From Acutalibacteraceae bacterium (lineage in GTDB: Bacteria > Bacillota > Clostridia > Oscillospirales > Acutalibacteraceae), in NCBI GenBank assembly GCA_045644025.1, contig JAZRGE010000080.1, positions 17,691-81,690 on the forward strand: DNA of 64,000 nucleotides. Direction: 5' to 3'. The translations under genes and the position numbers were made by a program. Shown one piece after another: positions 44,868 to 53,422 of this stretch. The notes beneath the pieces are model-generated. The model had not been told where the DNA came from. It ran no database searches and worked only from the letters and a program-made list of their open reading frames with translations. Numbering within the stretch: the stretch's first letter is position 1; the number at the start of each line of letters is the position of its first letter.

Positions 44868-47054
44868 CTATCCGTTGGTTCGTTCTACCCTGTAAACTCC
44901 GGGTATCCTATCCAACTTCTGGCAGATATTTTTAAGATGCTCAATATTCTCCACGCTGATGGTGAGATTGATGGTGCAGCTTCCCGAACGAAGCTCTTTG
45001 GCGCTCACGGCGTGCATTGCCACGTGCATACCCAAAAGCAGAGCCGAAACGTCGGCCAACACACCTTGGCGGTCCACAGCCGTGATCTTAATGTAGGTCT
45101 TGAAGCCCTGCTGCTTGGTGCCGCCTGTCCAATAAGCTTTTACCCAGCGCTCAGCATCGGGGCTGCCCTCGATTATCTTGGGCACGTTGCTGCACTGGCG
45201 CTTATGCACCGAAACACCGTGGCCGCGTGTGATAAAACCGATTATTTCATCCCCCGGCAAAGGCGAACAACAACGGGAAAGTTTGATAAGGCAATTATCT
45301 ATGCCCTCGATTCTAAGGCCATCGGGGCTGCCTTTAGTCTTCTTTTCTTCCTCCACATAATCGGTGATATCCATCTGCTTCTGGCTTACCATCTTCTGAT
45401 AGTCTTCCTTAATGCGGGGCATTATGCGGGAAAGGATAAGTCCGCCGTAGCCGATGGCGGCAAAGAATTCATCCACACTGGTGAAGTGCTGCCTATCGGC
45501 CAGTTTCTCCAGATATTCGGGCAGCATTTCGGCAGGAATGCGCACGCCGCTGCGCAAGCATTCCTTTTCGAATTGCTCCTTACCGTCGGCAATATTTTCC
45601 GTTCTTCTCTCTTTCTTAAACCAAGAACGGATCTTGTTCCTTGCCTGGCTGGTCTTAACTATGTTCATCCAATCACGGCTGGGGCCGTGGCCTGCCTGAT
45701 TGGTGGTGAGAATTTCTATGATCTGGCCCGTTTTGACTTCGTGGGTGAGAGGCACTATCTTGCCATCCACCTTGGCGCCCACCATTCGGCAACCAACCTG
45801 AGTGTGAATGGCAAAGGCGAAGTCGATAACAGTGGAGCCAACGGGCAGATTGATAACGTCTCCCTTGGGGGTAACAGCAAAAACATCCTCCTGAGAGAGA
45901 TCTATCTTAATAGACTGGAGAATATCCTCCACATCTCCTGAATCCTTCTGAGCATCCAGAATCTGGCGCACCCAGGTGAGGTGATCGTCCATATTATCCT
46001 TGCCCGAAATACCCTCTTTATATTTCCAATGGGCCGCAATACCGAACTCGGCTGTGTGATGCATATCCCAGGTGCGGATCTGCACTTCAAAAGGAATACC
46101 CTCTCGGCCGATAACTGTGGTGTGAAGCGACTGATATTTATTGGGCTTGGGAGTGGATATATAATCCTTGAATCGGCCGGGAATAGGGCGATACATATCG
46201 TGAATAACACCCAGAGCGTTGTAGCAATCGTTCACAGAATCCACGATAATTCTAACAGCGTAAACATCGTAGATCTCCTCGAAATTCTTATTCTGGGCAT
46301 ACATTTTTCTATAGATTCCGTGGATGGATTTGGTGCGGCTCTCCATATGGGCGTTGGGGATGAACTCACGCACTCTATCCCCCACTTTTTGGGTTATATC
46401 CCCTAAAAAGTCGTGATTTTCACGGCTTTTCTCCTTAAGCAGCTCCTCAATTTCCTTATAGGCAATAGGATCAAGTGTAAGGAGAGCTAGGTCTTCCAGT
46501 TCTTCCTTAATTCCGCGGATACCCAAGCGATGAGCTATGGGAGCATAGACCTCCATAGTCTCCACCGCCTTGGAAAGCTGCTTATCCTGGCGCATAGAGC
46601 CGATCGTGCGCATATTATGCAGCCTATCGGAAAGTTTCACCACCATAACTCTTATATCCTCGGCCATGGCAATAAGCATTTTTCTCAGATTTTCACCCTG
46701 TTGCTCTCGGGCCGAAATGGGGATCTTGCCCAGTTTCGTTACACCGTCTACAAGCAAGGCAATATCCACACCGAAACCTTTTCGGACATCGTCCAGGGTG
46801 GTGGGGGTATCTTCCACGGCATCGTGAAGCAATGCAGCGCAGATAGATTCGGTATCCATGCCCAAGGTGTAGACAATATGGGCAACCGAAACGGGGTGAT
46901 AGAAAAACTCTTCACCCGAATATCTCTTCTGGCCTTCGTGGGCCTTTATGCAACATTCCAGCGCGCGGCCTATTTTTTCGCAATCATATCGCCGATTGCC
47001 CGAGGCAATCAGCTGGCGCAACGCTTCCAGACTTCTTTTTTCTTGCTCTATCAT
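44868..47054 (-). CDS. relA: Bifunctional (p)ppGpp synthetase/hydrolase (RelA/SpoT homologue)
   Basis: 728 aa. It has an HD domain (HPVSVAHIV....LLHDAVEDT), a synthetase domain (YRPIPGRFKDYISTPKPNKYQSLHTTV), and TGS and ACT regions. Confidence 0.95.
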   Translation of the reverse strand: MIEQEKRSLEALRQLIASGNRRYDCEKIGRALECCIKAHEGQKRYSGEEFFYHPVSVAHIVYTLGMDTESICAALLHDAVEDTPTTLDDVRKGFGVDIALLVDGVTKLGKIPISAREQQGENLRKMLIAMAEDIRVMVVKLSDRLHNMRTIGSMRQDKQLSKAVETMEVYAPIAHRLGIRGIKEELEDLALLTLDPIAYKEIEELLKEKSRENHDFLGDITQKVGDRVREFIPNAHMESRTKSIHGIYRKMYAQNKNFEEIYDVYAVRIIVDSVNDCYNALGVIHDMYRPIPGRFKDYISTPKPNKYQSLHTTVIGREGIPFEVQIRTWDMHHTAEFGIAAHWKYKEGISGKDNMDDHLTWVRQILDAQKDSGDVEDILQSIKIDLSQEDVFAVTPKGDVINLPVGSTVIDFAFAIHTQVGCRMVGAKVDGKIVPLTHEVKTGQIIEILTTNQAGHGPSRDWMNIVKTSQARNKIRSWFKKERRTENIADGKEQFEKECLRSGVRIPAEMLPEYLEKLADRQHFTSVDEFFAAIGYGGLILSRIMPRIKEDYQKMVSQKQMDITDYVEEEKKTKGSPDGLRIEGIDNCLIKLSRCCSPLPGDEIIGFITRGHGVSVHKRQCSNVPKIIEGSPDAERWVKAYWTGGTKQQGFKTYIKITAVDRQGVLADVSALLLGMHVAMHAVSAKELRSGSCTINLTISVENIEHLKNICQKLDRIPGVYRVERTNG

Positions 47055-49054
47055 ATCATCACCTGTGCCGATTTAAGGATTTGTGAATTGGAAAGATCTG
47101 CCTTTGCATTGGGATTCACCAAATAGCGGCCGTTCTTGGATTCTGCCAGGCCTAACTCCTGAAGCACGTCCAGGCTAAGTGCTGTTTTTGCGGGAGATAT
47201 GGTGGCAATAGTCATCAGCTTTTCAAGGCTGATGTTGGGATTAGCCTTAATTATGCGCCATATCTCGCCTATCTCTTCCCTTACGGGAATTATATCTGCC
47301 ATTTGTTGCCCCGAAAGGCTGCCTCGGCGATAATCCTCATAGGGGCGCAGGCCCTTGGCCAAAATCTCGCCATCACTGCCTGCGGGGCGGATACCTCGGC
47401 CGATAACACTCACCGACGGGGCACCCTTATAATAGGATATTGAAATATTTGCGGCAATATCCACCGCTTCGCCCACCGAATAGCCCAGTTCCTCCTTGTT
47501 TGTGGAGAAGAACATACAAGAAAGTGCGGCATCGTTTTTGCCCACGGTAAGCCTTGTGTGGCGGCCTTCTCCAACAGAATCCACGCGAAGAACGGTGACT
47601 CCGTAGAACCCAAAAAGCGGCACGGGGTTTCCCGCTCCGAAAGGCTCCAACTGAGAAAGGCGCTGCACCATAGCCACGTTAACAGCGGCAGGATTGAGCC
47701 TGCAATCTATATTAAGCGTGGGCACAGGCATATCCTGAGTCTTAGCATAATCATTTATACAGCGGCGAAATTCTTCTAAATTCTCGCCCTTTATCGTGAG
47801 GCCTGCGGCACCGCTGTGGCCGCCGAATTTTTCAAAAAGATGGGAGCAGGAGCAAAGAGCATCATATAAATTAAAGCCCTCGATACTGCGGCCTGAGCCG
47901 GTGTACACACCATTTTCTCCCGAGAGAACGATCGCAGGCCTACCGTAACGCTCGGCAATGCAGGAAGCCACAATGCCAACAACTCCGCAATGCCAGCCCT
48001 CGCCCTCCACGATCACCACTCTATCATAGCAATACCCGTTGGCTTCGGTGCTTTCTATCGCTTCGGCCAGGATTTCCTGCTCGGCTGTTCGGCGCTCGGT
48101 GTTTCTGCTGCAAAGAAATTCTGCAGATTCGGCAATATTCTCGGAATCTTCTTGGATGAGCAGGCTCAATGCCTTTTCGGCCGAGCCCATTCGGCCTGCA
48201 GCGTTGATTCTGGGGGCCACCACAAAAGCCAGGCTTTCAGATGTCACGGGCAGTTTGCCTGCAGCGGCGGTATAAAGAGCGTTTATAGCCTTATTCTCGC
48301 CTGCGTTTATTGCGGCAAGGCCTTCACGCACAATCACTCGGTTGGCACCCAAAAGCGGCACAACGTCTGCCACGGTGCCTAAGGCGGCCAGAGGAGCAAA
48401 ACTGCAAAGCATCTCTTCGGCCTCCACGCCTTCCACGGCAGCAACCAGCATAAGGGCTACACCTGCGCCCGAAAGTTCCTGAAGCCCTGCTTGGCAATAG
48501 GGCAAATGGGGATCCACCAAAGCCGCGGCACGGGGCAGATCATCCCCGGGCAGATGGTGATCGGTCACAACCGTGTCTATACCCAGTTGTGCGGCCAGAT
48601 CAATTTCATTAACGGCTTTGATGCCGTTGTCTACAGTGATAATAAGCGAGGCACCCCTGCTTTTAATGGCTTCCACGGCCGCGGCAGACATTCCATAGCC
48701 CTCGCCTTCCCTTTCGGGAATATAGTAATCCGCCTCGGCGCCCTTAGAAACAAGATAATTATAAACGATAGCCGTGGCTGTAACACCGTCGCAATCGTAG
48801 TCTCCAAAGATTGTGATATGTTCTCCGTTTTCTAAAGCAGACCTTATGCGGATCGCGGCCTCATACATACCGGCCATAGAAAAGGGCGATGGCAAAAACG
48901 GATCTTCAGCCAGAAATTCATCCAGCTTTTCGGGGGTGTCCACACCCCTGTTTATAGCAATAAGAGCAACAAGACCATCGGCATCACATAGCTGGGCCAA
49001 TTCCTTGGCGGCTTCCTTTTGCGCCGCTGCCACGTTCCACTTTTTGAACGCCAT
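47051..49054 (-). CDS. recJ: Single-stranded-DNA-specific exonuclease RecJ
   Basis: The DHH motifs are GDYDCDGVTA and VVTDHHLPG, and GGH is also present (FGGHSGAAG). The start is set at 49054 behind GGAAGGGGTGG. The stop overlaps the relA start (ATGA). Confidence 0.9.
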   Translation of the reverse strand: MAFKKWNVAAAQKEAAKELAQLCDADGLVALIAINRGVDTPEKLDEFLAEDPFLPSPFSMAGMYEAAIRIRSALENGEHITIFGDYDCDGVTATAIVYNYLVSKGAEADYYIPEREGEGYGMSAAAVEAIKSRGASLIITVDNGIKAVNEIDLAAQLGIDTVVTDHHLPGDDLPRAAALVDPHLPYCQAGLQELSGAGVALMLVAAVEGVEAEEMLCSFAPLAALGTVADVVPLLGANRVIVREGLAAINAGENKAINALYTAAAGKLPVTSESLAFVVAPRINAAGRMGSAEKALSLLIQEDSENIAESAEFLCSRNTERRTAEQEILAEAIESTEANGYCYDRVVIVEGEGWHCGVVGIVASCIAERYGRPAIVLSGENGVYTGSGRSIEGFNLYDALCSCSHLFEKFGGHSGAAGLTIKGENLEEFRRCINDYAKTQDMPVPTLNIDCRLNPAAVNVAMVQRLSQLEPFGAGNPVPLFGFYGVTVLRVDSVGEGRHTRLTVGKNDAALSCMFFSTNKEELGYSVGEAVDIAANISISYYKGAPSVSVIGRGIRPAGSDGEILAKGLRPYEDYRRGSLSGQQMADIIPVREEIGEIWRIIKANPNISLEKLMTIATISPAKTALSLDVLQELGLAESKNGRYLVNPNAKADLSNSQILKSAQVMI

Positions 49055-49150
49055 TCTTGCCACCCCTTCCAAAAAAAGAAAAATCATAGTTATTTTATCA
49101 CTTTTGGTCGGATTTAGCAAGATGTTTAACGCAAAAGGGTTGGAAATTAC

Positions 49151-49501
49151 CTATGTAATCTCCAACCCGAAGCTCACCGATAAGGCTTTATCCACCTGGC
49201 TCATCATATTTGTTGAAAGTTTGCCCATTTTTTCTTTAAGACGCCGTTTATCTAATGTACGAATCTGCTCCAGAAGCACAATGGAATCCTTGCTTAATCC
49301 GCCGCAGGCTGCGGTTACTCTTATGTGAGTTGGCAGGCTGGTCTTGGTGCTTTGGCTGGTGATTGCCGCCGCTATCACGGTGGGGCTGAAGCGGTTGCCC
49401 GTATCGTTCTGAACAATAAGCACCGGGCGCATGCCGCCCTGTTCCGAACCCACAACGGGGCTTAGATCGGCATAAAAAATATCTCCGCGCTTTATAGTCA
49501 T
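49151..49501 (-). CDS. mazF: MazF/PemK-family endoribonuclease toxin (EndoA/NdoA orthologue)
   Basis: 116 aa: [50 protein letters not shown]...PTHI...[17 protein letters not shown]. It is near-collinear with B. subtilis EndoA as I remember it. The ATG lies 8 nt after GGAGAG. Confidence 0.9.
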   Translation of the reverse strand: MTIKRGDIFYADLSPVVGSEQGGMRPVLIVQNDTGNRFSPTVIAAAITSQSTKTSLPTHIRVTAACGGLSKDSIVLLEQIRTLDKRRLKEKMGKLSTNMMSQVDKALSVSFGLEIT

Positions 49502-49650
49502 ATTCTTCACTCTCCAAATTTTTTCGGCAATATTATTTTTGCCGCCTAACCTTAAAAATAAACATCGGTAAAAATATTTTGTGGTTCTCTTTCATACTAT
49601 GCCCGGCACTTTATTTTGTACAAACTATCTGCAAAATTTAGAAATCATCA

Positions 49651-49679
49651 TTGACGAATATAGACATTTGGGGTATGAT
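49651..49679 (+). promoter_or_regulatory. Sigma-A-type promoter for the 49731 gene
   Basis: TTGACG (49651-49656), a 17-nt spacer, then TATGAT (49674-49679). Confidence 0.55.
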
Positions 49680-49730
49680 AGAAAAAGAATGATTTTATTT
49701 TTCCAACTATATTCATAAGGTGGATTAAGT

Positions 49731-50402
49731 GTGAAAAAGCTACACAACAACACGGCTCTCAAATGCTTTAAGTGCGAGAACGGAATAATTATAGCCTTCA
49801 CCCAGGCCACAGAGCAGGGGCGAACGGTTGTTAAATACAAAAAAATATCCTTTGCCGATGGCAGAGCTTCCTTTCTTTCCAAGAGTGATTTTCTCTATTA
49901 TCGCTTTGGAAGCAACTTCACATCCTTCGATATGCAGTTGCCCAATCATCTCACTTGGAAAACTGCGCTTTTGCCCGATTCCAACATTCTGGCCGTGAGC
50001 AAATCCGGTGAAGCCAAAATTTTGGATTACGATGCCACCACCGTATGGCAGGGCACAATGGCCTACAAAGGTATCGGCCCTTCCGATATAGCCCTTCATA
50101 AGAACACTCTTTGGGCCTCCTTTGGCGAGGGCAATGCTCTTATTCGCTATAATCTTAATTCTAAGCGCGAGGAATTGCGCATCGGCGGCGGCGAGGCTTC
50201 GGCCTTTGCCAACCCCGGCGGCATACATATTTTGGAAAACACAATGATAGTGTGCAACACCGCCAAGAACGAGCTTCTTAAGGTGAATTTGGAGACTTAT
50301 GAGGTGTTCAAATACGCCGAGTTCCCCGAGCCTGTTTATCAGTACCTCACCGTGGGCCAGGCAGAGTTTGTTCTGCTGGAAAGCGGTTTATATGTTTTAT
50401 AA
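49731..50402 (+). CDS. Hypothetical protein (223 aa), possibly beta-propeller-like
   Basis: A GTG start follows AAGGTGG. No signal peptide and no recognised family. There are weakly repetitive strand-like segments, which makes the propeller idea a guess only. Confidence 0.45.
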   Translation: MKKLHNNTALKCFKCENGIIIAFTQATEQGRTVVKYKKISFADGRASFLSKSDFLYYRFGSNFTSFDMQLPNHLTWKTALLPDSNILAVSKSGEAKILDYDATTVWQGTMAYKGIGPSDIALHKNTLWASFGEGNALIRYNLNSKREELRIGGGEASAFANPGGIHILENTMIVCNTAKNELLKVNLETYEVFKYAEFPEPVYQYLTVGQAEFVLLESGLYVL

Positions 50403-50449
50403 AACAAAGGCACACTCATCAGTGTGCCTTTTATAGAAGGAGAATAGCT

Positions 50450-51448
50450 ATGTTTTTTAGATACGACAACGAAAACATTCAGTACATAGGCCGTTGGGCT
50501 CCTTATGAAGACACTATGACTGCCACCGCCACCGGCTCTCGTTTTTCGGTGAGCTTTTCGGGCAATGAGGCTCTGCTTTATTTTGATACTGAATTCAACC
50601 AAGCTCCTATGCCCCATCTCTGGATAAGCGTGGATGGCGGCGCAAGAGTTGAAGTCACGCTGGATAGGTTTATTCGTATCTACGCCCCCGGGGACAGTGT
50701 CCACACCGTGAGCGTGATCATGAAAGGTATGGTGGAGATGTATCCACGCTGGAAAATGCCGCTGTCCAATAAGATCTCCTTTATGGGCCTTGACGCCGCA
50801 GAACTGGCCCCCACCCCTAAAAGCGGCAAAAAGACTATAGAATTTGTGGGTGATTCCATCACAGAAGGTGTTCTCACCGATCCTTATTGCGCGCCTCGCC
50901 CCATTGATGAGAGCAAAATAAGCTGGACATACGACGAATACAATCGCCCCTGGCAGGACGACACCACGGCTACCTACGCCTGGCTTACCGCCGAAAAGCT
51001 GGGGCTGGAGCCTATAATGATGGGCTATGGCGCCACAGGCACGGGCAGAAGCGGTTGCGGCGGTGTGCCCAGCGCACCCGAAGCCTATCCCTACTGTTTT
51101 GAGGGCGCACCCACTTCCTATCCCCATCCCGACTACGTGTTTATAAACCACGGCACCAACGATCGCCCCGATAGCAGCGAAGTCTTCAGGAAAAACTACT
51201 CCGCGCTTATTGAAACGATCTACGCCGCCCACCCCGAAACACAGATCATCTGCATGATTCCTTTTATAGGCGCTCACGCAGAGGATATAGAAGCGATAGT
51301 GGAACACTACAACAAAAACGGAAAGAACATTGTGCTGATAGATGGTTCAAAATGGCTGCCCCCCGCGCCCCCGCACCCCCCTAGAGCAGACCACGCCCAC
51401 GCAGCTGAGATGCTGGCTCCCATCCTTAAAGAAAAGCTGGGCTTATAA
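50450..51448 (+). CDS. SGNH/GDSL hydrolase with N-terminal beta-sandwich (CE2-like carbohydrate esterase)
   Basis: FVGDSITEG is block I, with Ser as the nucleophile. NHGTNDR is block III. A late D..H lies in RADHAH. The roughly 130-aa N-terminal domain resembles the CE2 layout. Confidence 0.7.
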   Translation: MFFRYDNENIQYIGRWAPYEDTMTATATGSRFSVSFSGNEALLYFDTEFNQAPMPHLWISVDGGARVEVTLDRFIRIYAPGDSVHTVSVIMKGMVEMYPRWKMPLSNKISFMGLDAAELAPTPKSGKKTIEFVGDSITEGVLTDPYCAPRPIDESKISWTYDEYNRPWQDDTTATYAWLTAEKLGLEPIMMGYGATGTGRSGCGGVPSAPEAYPYCFEGAPTSYPHPDYVFINHGTNDRPDSSEVFRKNYSALIETIYAAHPETQIICMIPFIGAHAEDIEAIVEHYNKNGKNIVLIDGSKWLPPAPPHPPRADHAHAAEMLAPILKEKLGL

Positions 51449-51454
51449 GCAATA

Positions 51455-51490
51455 AAAAAAGACCTAAGAGCGATCTCTTAGGTCTTTTAA
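51455..51490. terminator. Bidirectional rho-independent terminator
   Basis: AAAGACCTAAGAG (51458-51470) pairs with CTCTTAGGTCTTT (51475-51487). Confidence 0.85.
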
Positions 51491-51503
51491 TTTAATCTTT
51501 CGA

Positions 51504-52415
51504 TTACTTTACCATGCTGGCAACTTCTTCTGCGAAGTTATCTTCGCGCTTCTGGATGCCTTCGCCCTTTTCGTAGCGAACGTAGGAAGCAATCTTGATA
51601 TCCTTGCCCATTTCCTTGGCAACCTTGGCAACATACTGACCAACGGTGAGATCACCATCGATAACATACTGCTGCTCTACAAGGCAGTTCTCCTTGTAGT
51701 ACTTGCCGATCTTACCCTCAACGATCTTACCAAGCACAGCATCGGGCTTGTTGGCCATCTTGGGGTCTTCCTTCATCTGAGCAACAAGGATCTCCTTTTC
51801 CTTCTCAAGCACTTCTGCAGGAACAGAAGCGGGATCGAGATAAAGGGGATTCATAGCGGCGATCTGCATGGCAACGTTCTTACCCATTGCAACGAACTCT
51901 GCATCAGCAGAATCTGCATTGGTATCGAACTGAACCATAACACCGATCTTACCACCGGCATGAACATAGGAAACAAGGCTGCCTTCGAAGCGAACGAAAC
52001 GACGAACCTTGATGTTCTCACGAAGAGAAAGGAACAGCTCCTGAACCATTTCCTCAACAGTCTGGCCGCCCTCGGAGCACTTAAGAAGAGCATCCATATC
52101 GGCGGGGTTCTGCTCGATAACAACATCGGTGATGCGAGCAGCCAGAGCCTTGAAGGGGTCGCCGCCGGCAACAAAGTCTGTCTCGGCGTTCATTTCAAGA
52201 ACAGCACCTACGTTGCCCTTAACTACTGCGCAAACAGTACCTTCAGCGGCAACACGGTCGGCCTTCTTTGCCTGAGAGGCAAGGCCCTTTTCACGAAGGA
52301 AATCAATAGCGGCATCCATATTGCCGTCAGTCTCGGTAAGGGCCTTTTTGCAGTCCATCATACCGCAGCCGGTCTTTTCACGGAGAGCCTGTACGTCTTT
52401 AGCTGTAAATGCCAT
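51504..52415 (-). CDS. tsf: Translation elongation factor Ts
   Basis: The N-terminus is [44 protein letters not shown]. Length is 303 aa. Confidence 0.95.
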   Translation of the reverse strand: MAFTAKDVQALREKTGCGMMDCKKALTETDGNMDAAIDFLREKGLASQAKKADRVAAEGTVCAVVKGNVGAVLEMNAETDFVAGGDPFKALAARITDVVIEQNPADMDALLKCSEGGQTVEEMVQELFLSLRENIKVRRFVRFEGSLVSYVHAGGKIGVMVQFDTNADSADAEFVAMGKNVAMQIAAMNPLYLDPASVPAEVLEKEKEILVAQMKEDPKMANKPDAVLGKIVEGKIGKYYKENCLVEQQYVIDGDLTVGQYVAKVAKEMGKDIKIASYVRYEKGEGIQKREDNFAEEVASMVK

Positions 52416-53176
52416 TATGCTTCCTCCTTGTCGTCATCAGCGGTGATAGCGCCGATGGATTCATCATCAGGATCGCCAACAGCGATGGAATCCTCGCCCT
52501 GACGGCCTTCGATGATAGCGGCACCGATTGTCTGAGCAATCAGCTTAACAGCACGGATAGCATCGTCGTTGCCGGGGATAACAGCATCGATCTCATCGGG
52601 ATCGCAGTTGGTATCAACAATAGCGATGAGGGGGATGCCGAGCTTCTTAGCTTCGGCCACAGCGATTCTTTCCTTGCGGGGATCAACAATAAACATAGCA
52701 TCGGGGATCTTCTTCATATCCTGGATGCCGCCGAGGAACTTCTCCAGCTTCTCGATCTCTAAGCGAAGCTTGATAACTTCCTTCTTGGGGAGCAGATCGA
52801 ATGTGCCGTCTGCTTCCATAGTGCGAAGCTGATTGAGCCTTTCGATTCTGCGACGGATGGTGCGGAAGTTTGTGAGCATACCGCCCAGCCAACGAGCATT
52901 TACATAGGGCATTCCGCAAGCCTCGGCCTCTTCCTTAACGGAATCCTGAGCCTGCTTCTTGGTGCCTACAAAAAGAACTGTGCCGCCCTGAGCAGATATG
53001 TCGCGAACGAACATATAAGCCTCGTTGAGCTTCTTCACGGTCTTCTGAAGGTCGATAATGTAGATGCCGTTACGCTCAGTGAAAATATACTGAGCCATTT
53101 TGGGGTTCCAGCGCCTGGTCTGATGGCCGAAGTGGACACCTGCTTCCAGAAGCTGTTTCATAGATACTACTGCCAT
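52415..53176 (-). CDS. rpsB: 30S ribosomal protein S2
   Basis: The N-terminus is [27 protein letters not shown]. There is an acidic C-terminal tail. The stop shares 1 nt with the tsf ATG. Confidence 0.95.
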   Translation of the reverse strand: MAVVSMKQLLEAGVHFGHQTRRWNPKMAQYIFTERNGIYIIDLQKTVKKLNEAYMFVRDISAQGGTVLFVGTKKQAQDSVKEEAEACGMPYVNARWLGGMLTNFRTIRRRIERLNQLRTMEADGTFDLLPKKEVIKLRLEIEKLEKFLGGIQDMKKIPDAMFIVDPRKERIAVAEAKKLGIPLIAIVDTNCDPDEIDAVIPGNDDAIRAVKLIAQTIGAAIIEGRQGEDSIAVGDPDDESIGAITADDDKEEA

Positions 53177-53295
53177 TTTTTATCCTCCTTACGGTTTCTC
53201 CTCCGCCGGGCTTTTTACTTGGTGTAAGCACCGCAAAGATTACCCAGCGTGTGAATTTTATTTACTGCGCCGACAGTCACATACGCAGCCTATGA

Positions 53296-53324
53296 ATTGT
53301 ACCACAATAAACCATATTTTGCAA
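53296..53324 (-). promoter_or_regulatory. Sigma-A-type promoter of rpsB-tsf
   Basis: Minus strand reads TTGCAA (53324-53319), a 17-nt spacer, then TACAAT (53301-53296), preceded by TGG (an extended -10-like element). Confidence 0.55.
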
Positions 53325-53393
53325 GGGTTTTTTGCAATATTTTTTCAGTTTCTAAATATAGTATATCCAAATTTTTGCAGCCGCAAAATAAGC

Positions 53394-53422
53394 AAAAAAA
53401 GCAGGCCCTTCGCCTGCTTTTT
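53394..53422 (-). terminator. Rho-independent terminator after mutS2
   Basis: AGCAGGC (53400-53406) pairs with GCCTGCT (53412-53418). The stem is flanked by an A-run and a T-run. Confidence 0.8.

Noticed and set aside
49502-49730. Candidate antitoxin ORFs upstream of mazF, for example the 20-aa ORF starting at 49595 and a 22-aa ORF starting near 49716.
   Set aside because: Both are far shorter than any MazE/EndoAI-type antitoxin. Neither has an RBS at proper spacing or any RHH/AbrB-like sequence. Neither abuts mazF as in canonical operons.
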